Assembly: GCF_001194135.2 (NCBI RefSeq)
Contig: NC_068992.1
Span: 58,925,384-58,983,793 of the forward strand
Length of the DNA: 58,410 bases
Source of the DNA: Octopus bimaculoides
Lineage: Eukaryota
Direction: 5' to 3'
Shown here: piece after piece, positions 25,680 through 39,249 of the stretch
Position numbering within the stretch: the stretch's first letter is position 1
Layout of the letters: each line of letters opens with the position of its first letter
Made by a program: the position numbers and the translations under genes
The notes under the pieces: model-generated
What the model was told of the DNA's origin: nothing
Databases searched by the model: none
What the model saw: only the letters and a program-made list of their open reading frames with translations

Positions 25680-26130
25680 TTTCTTATTAACTTCCACTGA
25701 GGTCACTCTTGTTTTTCATTCTTCAAGGTGGTCGATAAAATAACTGCTATTTGAGTATTGGAGTCGATACACTCGTGTTCCCTCGAAATTGCTAGCTTAG
25801 TGACGAAGCTAGAAATAAATTAGGTACAAGGCCAGCGATCTGTGGGTAATGAGATTAATGGTACTTGACAACAGTGACTCTATAATATTATCGAACCCGA
25901 AAGGATGAATTATAGGGTAATAGATCTTGGTAAGATTTGAAACCAGAACTTACAAAACTGGAAGAAGCATTACGTGACATTTTTCCAGTGCTCTGAGACT
26001 GTCAACCTGCCACCCTGATTTCTGCCATAATAAGGATAATGGTTTAAAGTTTTGGCGCATAGTTAACAAAGTTTGGGATGGGGGAAAATTGAATAAATCG
26101 ATCCTAATGTTCAACTGGTGATCTACTTTA
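25680..26130. mobile_element. Cluster of diverged SINE family A copies
   Basis: Family A motifs in both orientations. Confidence 0.6.
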
Positions 26131-26718
26131 CAATGTCTTGTGAGTGAATTTCGTTAAAGGAATTTGGTAGAAAGAAACTGTCTGGAAGCCTATCGTATAT
26201 ATATATATATATATNNNNNNNNNNNNNNNNNNNNNNNNNNNNNNNNNNNNNNNNNNNNNNNNNNNNNNNNNNNNNNNNNNNNNNNNNNNNNNNNNNNNNN
26301 NNNNNNNNNNNNNNNNNNNNNNNNNNNNNNNNNNNNNNNNNNNNNNNNNNNNNNNNNNNNNNNNNNNNNNNNNNNNNNNNNNNNNNNNNNNNNNNNNNNN
26401 NNNNNNNNNNNNNNNNNNNNNNNNNNNNNNNNNNNNNNNNNNNNNNNNNNNNNNNNNNNNNNNNNNNNNNNNNNNNNNNNNNNNNNNNNNNNNNNNNNNN
26501 NNNNNNNNNNNNNNNNNNNNNNNNNNNNNNNNNNNNNNNNNNNNNNNNNNNNNNNNNNNNNNNNNNNNNNNNNNNNNNNNNNNNNNNNNNNNNNNNNNNN
26601 NNNNNNNNNNNNNNNNNNNNNNNNNNNNNNNNNNNNNNNNNNNNNNNNNNNNNNNNNNNNNNNNNNNNNNNNNNNNNNNNNNNNNNNNNNNNNNNNNNNN
26701 NNNNNNNATGTATGTATA

Positions 26719-27135
26719 CAGGGTGCAATGAATAAACTGTCGTCTAAATTACGCAAAAATGAAAATAACACTGACATCTCATTTTATCAGATGTATTTAC
26801 CAAAATTACATAGAAATATCCTGAATACTAAAGAGTAAATTTATTCAATAAGATCACCATTAGCTTCAACCACGGCCTCCAAACGACTTCGGAATCTCCT
26901 GCAACTCTTCTGGACGGTCTCTCTGTTTAAGTTGGTGAATGCTGCCATAATCCTTGCCTTCAGGTCATCTTTGATGTTACAAGGAGTTTTGTTGATCTCT
27001 TGCTCAACTGCGCCCCACGCATAATAGTCAAGGGGGTTGCAGTCTGGGGAGTTAGGTGGCCAGATATTAGAGGTGATGAGGTCGCAGAAATTGTTTGGCA
27101 GCCATGGCTGGGTTCTCCTGCATGGTGCAGAGTTT
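26719..27135 (-). mobile_element. maT/mariner-like transposase C-terminal fragment with terminus
   Basis: WLPNNFCDLITSNIWPPNSPDCNPLDYYAWGAVEQEINKTPCNIKDDLKARIMAAFTNLNRETVQKSCRRFRSRLEAVVEANGDLIE* (stop 26841-26843); TA|CAGGGTG terminus at 26717-26725. Confidence 0.85.
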
Positions 27136-28282
27136 CTACAGTATAGGGATTTGGATATGGGTTAATGTTGTTTTAAAATAAAATAACAACAAAACAAATT
27201 TGAAGTTCAAATCAAATTAATATATTTGTATATTCATGTGTCGTTCTTTTTCTCACAGCAGTTAATGTTATTGTTGGCTCGTGCGTGCGTGCGTGCGTGC
27301 GTGCGTGTGTGTGTGTGTGTGTGTGTGCGTGTGTGTGTGTGCGTGCGTGTGCGTGTGTGCGAGTGTGTGTGTATGAGGTTAATTATCAGTAATTACACGG
27401 ATAATAATTAGTAGACATATCATCGTCTTGTCTTTCGCTGGCATTTTCTAATAATAACAGATTAGAAAACTATTCTGTCTTCGTCCAAATTTCAACAAGT
27501 TTACAACGTTGTGTGTGTGTGTGTACACACACACATATGTATGTATATAAATATATATACACGCACACACATACACACGTGCACACACACACACATACAC
27601 ACATATATGTATATATAAATATGTAAGTATGTATATGTATGTATTTATTTATACATACACTTAAAGTGAACATCGTATTTTTATTTCCTGGTTTACACCA
27701 AATGTCCAACGAATGTCTATGGCTTCTCACATCGACGCATCGACTTCATAACTTCTATGACAGAACAGCGGATATTATCGTTTCAATCGATCGTCACACG
27801 TGACAGATCCTTATCTTGGTAAACCCGGTTGTGGTAATGGCGGCGGTAGGTGGTGGATGAATGTAAATTCCACTAAGGTGAAATTTGAACTTCGAACATA
27901 CATAAATGGATATGAGTAAAGTTTCTAGTTCAATACTCTAAAACTAAGCGATGAAGAAATATGCATCAAGCATTCTCGCCGCCGCTGCCGGACAATTGTT
28001 GTCTGCTACTGGTGTATTTTCGTGTTTTTAAACCCAGTACGTCCATAAGAGATATTGTCTCCGGATGTAGAGTTACTTGGACCTTTCTTGATTAATCTGC
28101 ATTAAATAAGATACAGAGATATCTATTTTAATCGAATACCTCTTCTGTTGCACATGAAAGATTATTTTAGTTAGTCGGGCGTCTAATCGCAACACTGGTG
28201 TCTTTCCAGTCACTGTTTTCTTATATCAATAGCGATGGATTTTGTCTTAGCATGCAGTTGTGAGTTTGTTTTTGTTTTTTAC

Positions 28283-28490
28283 TGGCACTCCGTCGGTTAC
28301 GACGACGAGGGTTCCAGTTGATCGGATCAACGGAACAACCCACGAGTAAAATTAACGCGTGCAAGTGGCTGAGCACACCACAGACATATGTACTCAACGT
28401 AATTCTCAGGAAGGTTCATCGTGACAAAGAATGTAACAATGCTGGCCCTTTGAAATACAGGTACTACTCATTTTTACCAGCTGAGTGACT
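28283..28490 (-). mobile_element. SINE tail copy (family of 23652-23945)
   Basis: ggcactccgtcggttacgacgacgagggttccagttgatcgg. Confidence 0.8.
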
Positions 28491-29839
28491 ACCTGCTATT
28501 GACAAAACCTAACAAGGCGGTATTTGAAATCAAAACCTGAGGAGCAGGAGGATATGCAACTAAGCATTTTGTCCGATACTCTAGCAATTTTTCCACCTCA
28601 CCTCCTTTAATTTTGCAATAATAATATTAATAATAATAATAATAATAAGAAGAAGAAGAATTGTTCATTTGAACGCATTAATTGTCTTTTGTTGGCTACA
28701 AAGGGCTCTCGCATACAATAAAATAGGTGATAAATATTTATGGTTACAATACTTTTGGGATTGGACAGATATACGTGAAACTGAAGGAAGTGTGAGAGCA
28801 TTATACAATGAATGGCTTTACGAATTTGATAAATAATCAGACATACAATAAGAAGAAAATTATATGAAAAACACTGGCTCTGTGGAATTCAAGGGTCATT
28901 ACATGACCACTTCAGACCACATTTAATCTTGTCACTAATGTACTGATTACCTGATCATATTACTATACACTACTAGTCATATGGTTCTGTAGCCCAAGTA
29001 TTGGCACGGCTGGTCATTACCTCTGTTTTTCAGCAGGTTTCGTTGTGACTTCGGTAGTTCTAAATTCCAAACTGTCAAAGGCATAGCCACGTGAGAGGGA
29101 AAATATTCCGTTATACAAGGGATTTGGGCTTCTTCTAGTTTCTGTTTGCTTTGAAGGCACTTAGAAGACATTTATTTAGATTGTTTTCCTCCTGTTAATT
29201 TTCTCCTTCCTAATTTCTAGGATATGCTAATTCGGCCAAACAAGATTGTGTGGTTCAACATGTTTTTGCCAAACTATCGCTTTTTTCCTAGAGTTTAGTT
29301 TATTTGAAGTCTCTCTGGTTTACTGGTAACAAATATAACACTCCCATTGTCAGAGGTATTTTCCCCTTGACGTTGTAAGCGGGCGTGTACCTGTAAGAAT
29401 ATTATAGCTGTTGACATCGTTATTGCCTTTACCAAACAAAAACGCATACATTCGCCATACGTGTGACACTTCTTATGAAATTTTCATTCATGTTCTTTAT
29501 GTTTTAAGCTTTTGTGGTTTGCTGTAAAATATTTTCTTGTTCACGTTTTGTGTGTTCCTGGTGTGATAACCGCAGTGAATCCGATTTCTTTCGGGGACGT
29601 AGCTGGGAAATTTCGTAGCCATTTTTCTGAATGTAGACAAATACAGAAAAAAATATAATTTACTGAAAAAAAAAAAAGACAGCAAAGCCTTATTTCTTGC
29701 TTAAATCCTTGTACAATAAGACTTTCTAAACTCTGTAAAGAAATGGAAAAAAAAAATTTATACGCCATGCAACCGTATGAATGAATATTCCTTCGCCTCA
29801 AAGAACAACATGGACATCACCTGTAATAGTGGTATCTAA

Positions 29840-30235
29840 AATAGGCAGAAAATGGGCAATTTTGACATGGCGAGGTTAGCCAGTTAATTGACTCCAGTAC
29901 CTCACTGGTACGCTATTTTATTGACCTCCGCACCACCACCACCACCACCACCACAAGAATAAAAGACAAAGATGACTCCGGTGAGAATTGAACTGAAGAA
30001 ACAGCATAGGAAATTTATCCGGACATGATAATGATTGCACAAAATCATCCCCCTGATAAATAAAAATACACCAGCAGTAATACTTTCCCCCATAGGCACA
30101 AGGCCTGAAATTTTGGGGGAGGGAGCGAGTCGATTACATCGACCCCATTGCCTTACTGTTACTTGCTTATCGATAAAATGTGACGAACAGTTTCGTCCGG
30201 CATGCTAAAGATTTCGCCAGGTCGTCGCCGTAACG
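29840..30235 (-). mobile_element. Two SINE family A fragments
   Basis: ttgactccagtac and ggcacaaggcctgaaattttgggggagg motifs. Confidence 0.65.
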
Positions 30236-30237
30236 CC

Positions 30238-30276
<39 letters not shown>

Positions 30277-30589
30277 GACTTAGTTTTATGGTAATAAGAT
30301 ATACACACTAACTTCTGTATCCTCTTAATTTTGTTTCTTTATTAGTCTCACAGCATTCAAAAACAAAAAAAAAAATTAGGGTCATACAATATTTGTCTCT
30401 CTAGGAGTGGTTGTGTGGTAAGTAGGCGTAGGAGTGATTGTGTGGTAAGCAGCTTGCTTACGAACCACATGGTTCCGTGTTCAGTCCCAGTGCGTGGCAC
30501 TTTAGGCAAGTGTCTTCTACTATAGCTTCGGGCCGACCAAAGTCCGTCATATATATGTATGTATATATATATATATCGGCGCAATTTGT

Positions 30590-30895
30590 ACTCAAAATGT
30601 GAAGACGAACGAAATGCCTCCAAGCATTTTTTTCCGGCATGCCACGATTCTGCCAGCTCTCCCACTTAAATAATAATCTTTTCTACTCTAGGCACAAAGC
30701 CCGAAATTTTTGGGGCGGGGGCCAGTCGATTAGATTGAGCCCAGTACGCAACTGGCCCTAAATTTATCGACCCCGAAAGAATGAAAGGCAAATCGACCTC
30801 GGCGCAATTTGAACTCAGAACGTAAAGGCAGACGAAATACTGCTAAGCATTTCGACCGGCGTGCTAACGTTTCTGCCAGCTCGCCACCGTCCCCC
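30590..30895 (-). mobile_element. SINE family A head fragment plus full-length copy
   Basis: Full consensus at 30672-30895. Confidence 0.85.
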
Positions 30896-32509
30896 TTAAA
30901 TAATAGTACCAACTTCAAATAAAACAAAAGATCTTGATACAATGGATGAAACGGATGAACAGCAAGAAGCCACACATTCTTCTACTAATGCGAATACCAA
31001 TTTTCAGAATGGTAACCAATATATCATACTTTGCATGTACAATAATATAATTTAGCAAGCACAATGAGCAACAAGAGACCAACAAATATTTTCATGCACC
31101 GTAGATTCCAAGCCTCCAGAATTCTACCTCAGCTATATTGTTCCTTACAAAGTGTGTCGTTATCAATATTATAGAATTCTTTTACTTGCACCTTCTCAAC
31201 CAAAGTAAATCGATAAACGGTATTTCAATGTATGAAAGCCAGCACTATTATCTCCAGTTATGCTGTCAATTCTACTCTATTCACACAGTATATTTCTTCC
31301 AACTCTTTCAAGCCCATTTGTCTCTCCACTGTGAATACATGTCACTGGTAACGATGTCATTTTTGGTCACTTCAAACTAATATAGTAACCATCTTGATAG
31401 CGTTTCTTCTGTAATTCTCATACAATGTGTTACTGAGTTGGTCCCAATCTTCATTAAGGTTTTCAGCATTTTCCCTTGAGTCATATAGCCTAATTTATGA
31501 AAACCGTGAACAATAACATCATCCTCAACTACTGTGTCTATCTCTTTTCCAGTTTCTTACACCAGGAAGTGATGTACATAAACATCCATTTATATAACCG
31601 TATTTTTTTTTGTTCTTCACAGCGACCGCTACGACAATTTATGTGAAGTTCTGTATCACACAAAAATGAGTTTTCACTTTATAGGACTTGGACTAAAGTT
31701 ATATATTGTAATTATATCTTGAAAGCTAACGTATCTATATTACATACTTTTGTGCCCTACATATCTCGAATCTCTAGAGCTGGAAATCTCCTGTGATATC
31801 GTTTCATGGCAGCTGTGCGTTAACAGAGCTTTCTTCGCTCTACATTTTATTACATCCTACAAAACTCAGGAAAATAAACGTGTGCTACTTTTTAAAACAG
31901 CTTCTTTAGAGACATGAGAACATAATCATCTTCATTAGTACCGAAATACACACACGCTAAACTAGTGCTTCTCATAGGAGAAATCGTTCTGAAGTGTTGA
32001 ATTGAGGCGAGCAAATCACCATGTGGGTAGGATAACGAAAAATAGATGGTTTTCAACTTGTCCAAAGCTATAAGGTTAACTCATATTACTCCGTAAGGTG
32101 CACAGGGCCGATTTCCCAGCTTCTCTAGCGAATATATTCCCCACTGGATGCAGAGTTACTCCTTTTTACCATCTGAATGGACTGGAGTAGCATGAAATGA
32201 AGTGTTTAGCTCAGAACACAACGCATCGCCGGTCCAGTAATTGAAATCACAATCTCACGACTATGAGCCCTATTCCCTAACCACTAAGTTACACACCTCC
32301 ATAAAACTATGGTGACGATAAAAGAATTATATGTTTGCAAACTCTATTTTGTTTTCACATGGGAACAGCATATATACATTGTATGTGTGTATGTGTGTAA
32401 TATTTTTGGAGTGTGGTGTTTGTCATCTTGAAAACCACATCATATCGAAGAAAGGCGGCTACAATACTATAACTCCCATAAACAATTGATAAATAGAATT
32501 CCCTACGAA

Positions 32510-33050
32510 TAACCAGGAAACGTTAGACCTCTCTGATCCTCTCTCATGCTAGTTTGACATGTACAACATTGCTGAAACATCAGAGTAAATTCTAGGCCTT
32601 TGATTCAAGTCCTAAAATATTTCAAAGCAGAAATTATGTTAAATCTCTCAAAAAAACCAAAGTAGTACACCGCTGCTTATCCACTAACTTTCAGGACAGC
32701 TTTCATAAAATAATGACAGACTGGCCTACGAATCTTTCACCGTAATTAACCCAGACCCAATAACACCTGTTGTTTTATATTTCTGCTTTTGCCTTAACAA
32801 TCATAGGTTTGCGTTCTTTCACCCAAGTTTACATGCTTCTATGTATTTATTCCACCTATCAAACCAAATTCATTATTCCACACAAAAAACTATGCTTGGA
32901 ATACGTGATCATCTTCTAACTTGTGATAGCTGCAGCTTTCAGTCAATGCAACATACAGTATTATCGGATTAAATATCCTCGTCTCTATCATCCTTCATAT
33001 CAGTGATTTGACATTACTTCTGAATTTGAAGTTGTCCATCAGTGAATCAC
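32510..33050 (+). pseudogene. Highly decayed CR1/L2-type reverse transcriptase fragment
   Basis: Remnants resembling NYRPISL, DF.KAFDKV and GPLLF..YISDL motifs in the expected order. Confidence 0.35.
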
Positions 33051-33759
33051 ATTTTGCAACACTCTCTAAAAATACCCGTGGATATATATATTTTTTTAAC
33101 GCTAGACATTTACTTCAAAGCCATCGTTTTAATAAAACTACGCAAAGCTGCTTTGAAGAGATCTAGTCTTGAAACCTTATAGTTTTCAAAAAAATAAATA
33201 ATAATGATGATAATAATAATAATAATAATGTCAAATTTGTTAGTAAGAAAGAAGATTTTGATAGCAATTCTTTTCAAGAAGAGATTCGATAATGTTTTTG
33301 TGTTTATCTTTTTTCTTTTCTTTATTTTTATTACATTTCTTTATCCTTCTGAATAATTAAAGTGTTTTCTTTCCACACGTGGCTTAATAGTTCACCTATC
33401 ATCTCAATCAGACGCTTATGCTTGTGAACATTCTAAAAATCATTGGTTATAAGGTGATAAGGTTAATATTTTATAAGCTGTGATATAAAGATTTCGATCA
33501 ATCAAACAAGGAAAACACAAATAAAAGTTTGTCTTGGTATTACAGCCTTCAACAGAACATCAGATACCACCATACGGAGTCACTTATAGAAACCCATCAC
33601 TTTTTTAAGTTAAAATTTTAGAAGTTAATGCAGAAGTATACCAGAGTGACTGTCACTACATTATACTATGATAATACAATTTTTTCAGTTCATATCTGAA
33701 TCACCGATTTCTTTTCTAGGTTCATGTTTAAGATGACAATCTGCCATAGTATTCTAAAT

Positions 33760-34685
33760 AATTAGGGCGCAAGGCCAACAGTTTTGAGAAAAAGGTAAGT
33801 CGATTACATCAACCCCAGTGCTTTAGCGGTACTCATTTTATTGACTCTCCGAATGAATGGAAGGCAAGGCTGGCCTTTACGAGATACGAACTCAGAATGT
33901 AAAGAGTAGAACCGGAAGAAATACTACTTACCATTTTCCTAACATTCAAGCAATTCTGCTAACACTTCGCATTCACAATCTGTCATATTTCTTTCTAACT
34001 TTGACACAAGGTCAGCAGTTTTGAGGTAAGATGGAGCTCGATTACAGTCCTTGACAGGTACTTATTTTATCAGCCCTCTAAAAGGATGAAAAGCAAAGTT
34101 GACCTCAGTGGGATTTGAACCCAAAATGTAAAATGAAATACAGCATGACACTGCCCGATGTCCTAGCGATTCTTCCAACTTGCTAAGTTGATTGAATGCC
34201 ATAATATTGAATTCAAATTCCGGCACGGCGCTAGCAGTTTCAGAGGAGGGTGTTAATAGAGTACATCGACCCCAAAGGCAAAGTCGACCTCAGCAAAATT
34301 TGAACTCAGCGCATAAAGCCGGACGAAATGCCCCTAAGCATTTTGTCTGGCACGATAACGATTCTGCTAGCTTGCCGTCTTATTGATTTCAGAGTTTAGC
34401 AATTTCAGGGGTAGTTGCAAGTCGGTTACATCGATGCCGGAGCTCATCTGGTACTTATTTTATCGACCCTGAAAGGGCGAATGGCAAACTCAACCTCGAT
34501 GAAATTTGAAATTAGAGCGTAAAAGCTTCATAATATTGGTTTAAAATTTTGGTACAAGGCTAGCAATTTTAGTCGAGAGTCTTAGTCAATTACATTGACC
34601 CCAGTGCTCGACTGCTACTTATTTTATCGACCTCGAAATGATGAAGAGCAAACTCGATTTCGGCGGAACGTAAAGCCTTCATAAT
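33760..34685 (-). mobile_element. Five head-to-tail SINE family A copies
   Basis: Five iterations of caagg..agca.ttt...gtcgat...gaaa.gcaaa; the last two end at the same cgtaaa.cttcataatatt point. Confidence 0.8.
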
Positions 34686-35089
34686 ATTAAAGAAAGTTGA
34701 TGAGAGTTAAATTAGTATTTACATTTAAATACATTAATTTTTTATCTGATAATATCAGAATTTAAACCTCTTTCAACGGATGAGAAATATGTTTCAGCAA
34801 AAGATCAAATAATTTTATTCAATATTCTTTTCTAAAAAATAAAAGAAAATTTCAGTAAAACTCTTCATAAACAGCTTTAACAACCAACTAGTTTTTTATC
34901 CTCCATTTTCAATGAAGATTTGTTATAATTCGGTTATTCACAGTCACTTTTCATATAAAGATACTTTCTAAATCTATTAACGTTAGTTGATAAAAATAAA
35001 TTGTATTTTTCTTCCACATATTTAGCGACTGTTGGCAGCAAAATGAACATTACGTCTCACAAGAAGCTAACTACCTGACATGGCTGTGT

Positions 35090-35590
35090 ACTTAGACGCA
35101 GGTGGAGACAGTGTAGTTGAGAAAATCGCTTGGTTTGGGGTTCAGTCCCGCTACATCTTGGTCAAGTGTCTACTATTATAGCCTCGGGCCGAGCAGTGTC
35201 TTTTCAATGAATTTAGTAGGTGGAAAATGTGTGGAAACTCGTCGTATATATATATATATATATATNNNNNNNNNNNNNNNNNNNNNNNNNNNNNNNNNNN
35301 NNNNNNNNNNNNNNNNNNNNNNNNNNNNNNNNNNNNNNNNNNNNNNNNNNNNNNNNNNNNNNNNNTGTGTGTGTGTGTGTGTGTGTGTGTATGTGGTTGT
35401 CCCCCCGGTGCTGGTGTGCCTACGTCCTCGTAAATTAGCGGTTTGGTAAATGAAGCTGATAGAATAAATACCAGGCTTGAAAAAAAAATATGTACCGGGG
35501 TCGATTTATTCGACTAAATTTCTTTAAGACAGTACTCCAGCATGGCTGCAGTCTAATGACTGAAACAAGTAAAAGATAAAGAATAAAAGA
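35090..35590 (+). mobile_element. SINE family B spanning a gap in its internal microsatellite
   Basis: gggttcagtcccgc head; tail ctccagcatggctgcagtctaatgactgaaacaagtaaaag. Confidence 0.8.
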
Positions 35591-35869
35591 GGTGCATGTT
35601 CACACAAGCAAATGTGTGTAGGAGAGAATAAAAGAGAAACTTGCTCAAAACTGATGTGTAGAGTTTAATATCACACAAATAGAAGCAACGATCTTTTGAC
35701 CTGAGGACGTTCTAGAATTTGTTCCACGAAATGATGCTGTATTACCAAACCACCTTCATCAGGCCCCTCATGGAATGAAAGCCCATTTTCTGCTCTGGAA
35801 GAAACCAGAAATCACAAATAACCCTGCTGCATTGATATTATTTGTTGTACAATATAATTATTTCTAAAT

Positions 35870-36050
35870 TAAGGCGGTCAGTTGGCAGAAACTTTAGCAT
35901 GCCGTACAACATGCTTAGCGGTATTTCGTTCGTCTTTATATACTAAGTACAAATTCTGCGGAGTTTGACTTAGCATTTCATCCCCTCGGCAACGATAAAA
36001 CAACCCTCTTCCCCAAACCTACTGGCCTTGTGCCATAATTTAAAACCAGT
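35870..36050 (+). mobile_element. SINE family A
   Basis: aaggcggtcagttggcagaa...ctggccttgtgccataatttaaaacc. Confidence 0.75.
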
Positions 36051-36349
36051 ATAATTATTCCTAAGCTAGCTCATTTCCTTGTAAAAGTTATATGCTCCAA
36101 TAAGTGAAGGTGCAACGAGGTTGTTTTTATTGGCTGAGCGTCGCAGCCAGGGAAAGAGTTGGTATTTAAGTTCTTTGATAAATCCAGTTTTGTAAAGATT
36201 TTGCTGTAGATTTCACAAATTTTCATAAAATTGTATTCATTCCAGGATAATATAAAGATTTTGAGGACTATATTTCTTCTGAGTGAGGTTTTGGGTATAT
36301 GTATATATTATATGTGTGCGTTCACGTACTTATGTATGTACGTATGTGA

Positions 36350-36680
36350 CCCGAGTTTCGTGCGGTTATGACGATGAGTGTTCCAGTTGATACTATCAAC
36401 GAAAGCGCTTACGCGTGAAATTAACGTGTAAGTGGCTGAGTTGTCCACAGACACTTTATTTCATGTTGCTCACCCAGCTGGCAAAGATGCGTTGTACATG
36501 TAATTCAAAGGCCCAGCTTAGTCACAATCTGTGTCATGCTGAATATCCCTAAGAGCTACGTTAAGGATTCACGCGTCTTTGTAGTGCTCAGCTACTTTCA
36601 CGTCAATGTCACGCGCAAGCTGTTTCGTTGAACATATCAACTAGAACGCTCGTCTTCATAACCGACGGAGTGCCGGTTTT
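36350..36680. repeat. Inverted pair of SINE tail copies
   Basis: 36362-36452 is the reverse-complement homologue of about 36573-36667. Confidence 0.75.
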
Positions 36681-37451
36681 TTTATATATTAAAACAATCT
36701 TCTTTGTTGATTAGTTATAAGAATATCCGTCACTGTTTATCATAAACTCCTATTTGTCTATTACATTTCATATATTAATGTAAATGAGTTGTCTTTGTTT
36801 ATTTCTGTTTGTAGCATATTTCATCTCAATATTTCAATTCCAATTTGTAGCAACTTAATCAATTTTGAGATACTTGAAGTAATTCAAGACAAATAAACTG
36901 TGCACGAATATTAGCAACTTATGGGAGCAGATTCCGCTTAATTGTATAGGTTGAGTGATTGAAATTCTTATGAGTTTAATCAGCTTATGCAATTATCCGT
37001 ATACTTATAGTAGACAATCAAGTACGAGAAGTAAATTTGTTGTCAGTCGTAAGGTATTGTGGGTACTTTACACATATATAGATTATATAATTGGTTCTAA
37101 CTTAGGCACAAGCCCATCAGTTTTAAGGAGAGGAGATAAATAATCGATACCATCGATCCCAGTACCATCGATCCAGAAAAGATGGAAAGCAAACTTAATC
37201 CTGATGGATTTTGAACTTTCGACGTAATGATCAGGATCATATATTAAAAATAGATAAACATTATGAGCTATTATTTACCACTGGATTTTCGCTCGACATA
37301 TTTCATATACAGATGATATATTTATATATTTCTCGACGCTTCTATGGTTGCGTTCTAAAATTAAAATAGCAAGCTTTCTAGCAGGTAAGATGAAAATATC
37401 TAATTTTGATGAGTAAAATTGGAAAACTGTTTTGGTGTACTTTGGTATAAA

Positions 37452-37642
37452 CCGTATTTCCTGGCATAGAAGTCAACGTAGTATATAGTGTAAACATGTT
37501 GTGCAAATATTCAAACACCGTCGTTATCTTTCCAAATCGCCCTGAATTTCGCATAGCATTTATAGTCCTCCAAAGTCAAATTGGTGTGAGTTGATTGTAA
37601 ATTTTGGTCTCAAAACTTCGACCTGTATACCAGAAAATACTG
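37452..37642. mobile_element. Tc2/pogo-like MITE
   Basis: Termini ccgtatttcctggcatagaagtc and gacctgtataccagaaaatactg|ta form imperfect TIRs. Confidence 0.65.
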
Positions 37643-37779
37643 TAGATATTGCGACTGTCTGTGTTGCAGTACATGCATGGATTTTGTCCTACATCTAGCC
37701 TCCCGCTTTATTTCTTTGCAAGGTATTTTTAACTTTATGTGTTATGAGCTATCCTTTATAAGTAAGCCGGCATTCGAGA

Positions 37780-38030
37780 TACATCGTTTATAGACGACAT
37801 AAGAACAAACTAGAAGATATAATCAGCGCTCTAATTTCTTACTTGTGGCAGCCTTTTGTGTAAACATATTTGATTTTCGTTCAACACAGTTCAAACTTTT
37901 TTGTTGATATGTATCAATAACAGCATCAATGTCCTGAAATATTGTTTGCTTTTTCTTTTGGTGTTCAATTATTCTCTTGGGTAGTATATTTCCAGAGCAG
38001 TTTATTGATTACTACTATCAGATATGTGAT
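37780..38030 (-). mobile_element. Penelope-like GIY-YIG endonuclease remnant
   Basis: NILPKRIIEHQKKKQTIFQDI resembles L..RI.EH.....IFQH. Confidence 0.4.
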
Positions 38031-38849
38031 GGGCGATACTTAGTTGGACCTACACTGTAAATATTGTTGTTGTTATGTTCATCGATTACAGCAGCAATAC
38101 TTTGCTGTTAGCATTATTATTATTGTTGTTGTTGTCATCATCATCACCATCATCATAATTTATCACTATCACTGCATCATTTCCTAGCTTGGTCAGCCAA
38201 TATCCTCTGTTGCTGTGCATTTTACTATTGTCCGCTTGGTTGAATATTTGGTTGGTTCGTTTTTGTTTGCTTCTTTGTTTATTGTTTGTTTTTTTCTTTT
38301 TTATTACTTTGATCAGCAAATTCACCGTTCTGTTCTATGCAGTCTGTATCTGTGTGTATATTTGTTTCCCCCAATATCCAGACGTTAACCGCCTGTGTGA
38401 CATTGATGCAATTATACTCCCCTACTTTAAACTGACTTCTGACAACTTTCAAATACATTTCTTTCGCACATCCTATTTCCCGTGTCTCCTTAATTTCATA
38501 ATTATTTGGTTAATTTTACACACAGGGTTTTTTTATATCGTTTTTACCAGCGTATCTTAAGAAAACAGACGGCTATCTGTAATTCAGTTGATTTACGGTT
38601 ATGACTACTTCGAGCAGAGAATCCCTCTATTAAAACATATAAATACGGATTTTAATGGATTTATGGATCCTTTTAAGTCGGTTCTGCGTTACACATGTCC
38701 AACTGGCGGACCCTTTACGTTCCAAGTTCAAGTCCTACTGAGATCGATGCTCTGGAGAGGAACGATTGGAGTAGGATATTATTTCAGGATTTAGCCGGAT
38801 AGGACACATGTCAGTGACGAGAAATGGAGTGCTAAGATCGATGGAATTA

Positions 38850-39100
38850 ATATTCTGCTAGCTTCTTAAGAGGGGTGGAGGTTGATGCAGCAGTGAAAGA
38901 GTAAGAAAAGAGCGTGAGACAGGGTGGAGAGATAGACAGACAATTGGTCAGAGCGAGGACTCGGCGTGTATGGGCCAGAGTTTGTTGTATGTTACTGGGT
39001 AGTTGAATAACTTTCTGTTGGAGGCCATCTTGGATGTTTGTGTCCAGAAGTTTCAATATCTCAGTCGTTGAAACAGTATTTCATTGTGTGTCTTAATTGG
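38850..39100 (-). mobile_element. Possible Penelope-like C-terminal remnant
   Basis: Frameshifted LLDTN / HPRWP.RK-like motif. Confidence 0.3.
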
Positions 39101-39249
39101 GAGTTTAAAACGATCGGTAGATGATCAGTACTAAACTATTCTCGGTAACACTTCTGCAAGCGGTTTACCTCTACTTGAAGAATTTTATACAGCAGAATGA
39201 TAAAACTAGACTGAATTATGTTGAAGAACGATTTTTAATTAATAGCCTA

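Noticed and set aside
33760-34685. Regularly spaced repeats superficially like a CRISPR array
   Set aside because: Units are 150-210 bp diverged SINE copies with no spacers or cas genes, in a eukaryotic context.
37843-37933. Apparent minus-strand exon (tttcag...gtaaga; DIDAVIDTYQQKSLNCVERKSNMFTQKAAT)
   Set aside because: No polypyrimidine tract; the frame continues upstream into a Penelope GIY-YIG-like peptide; lies upstream of the identified promoter.
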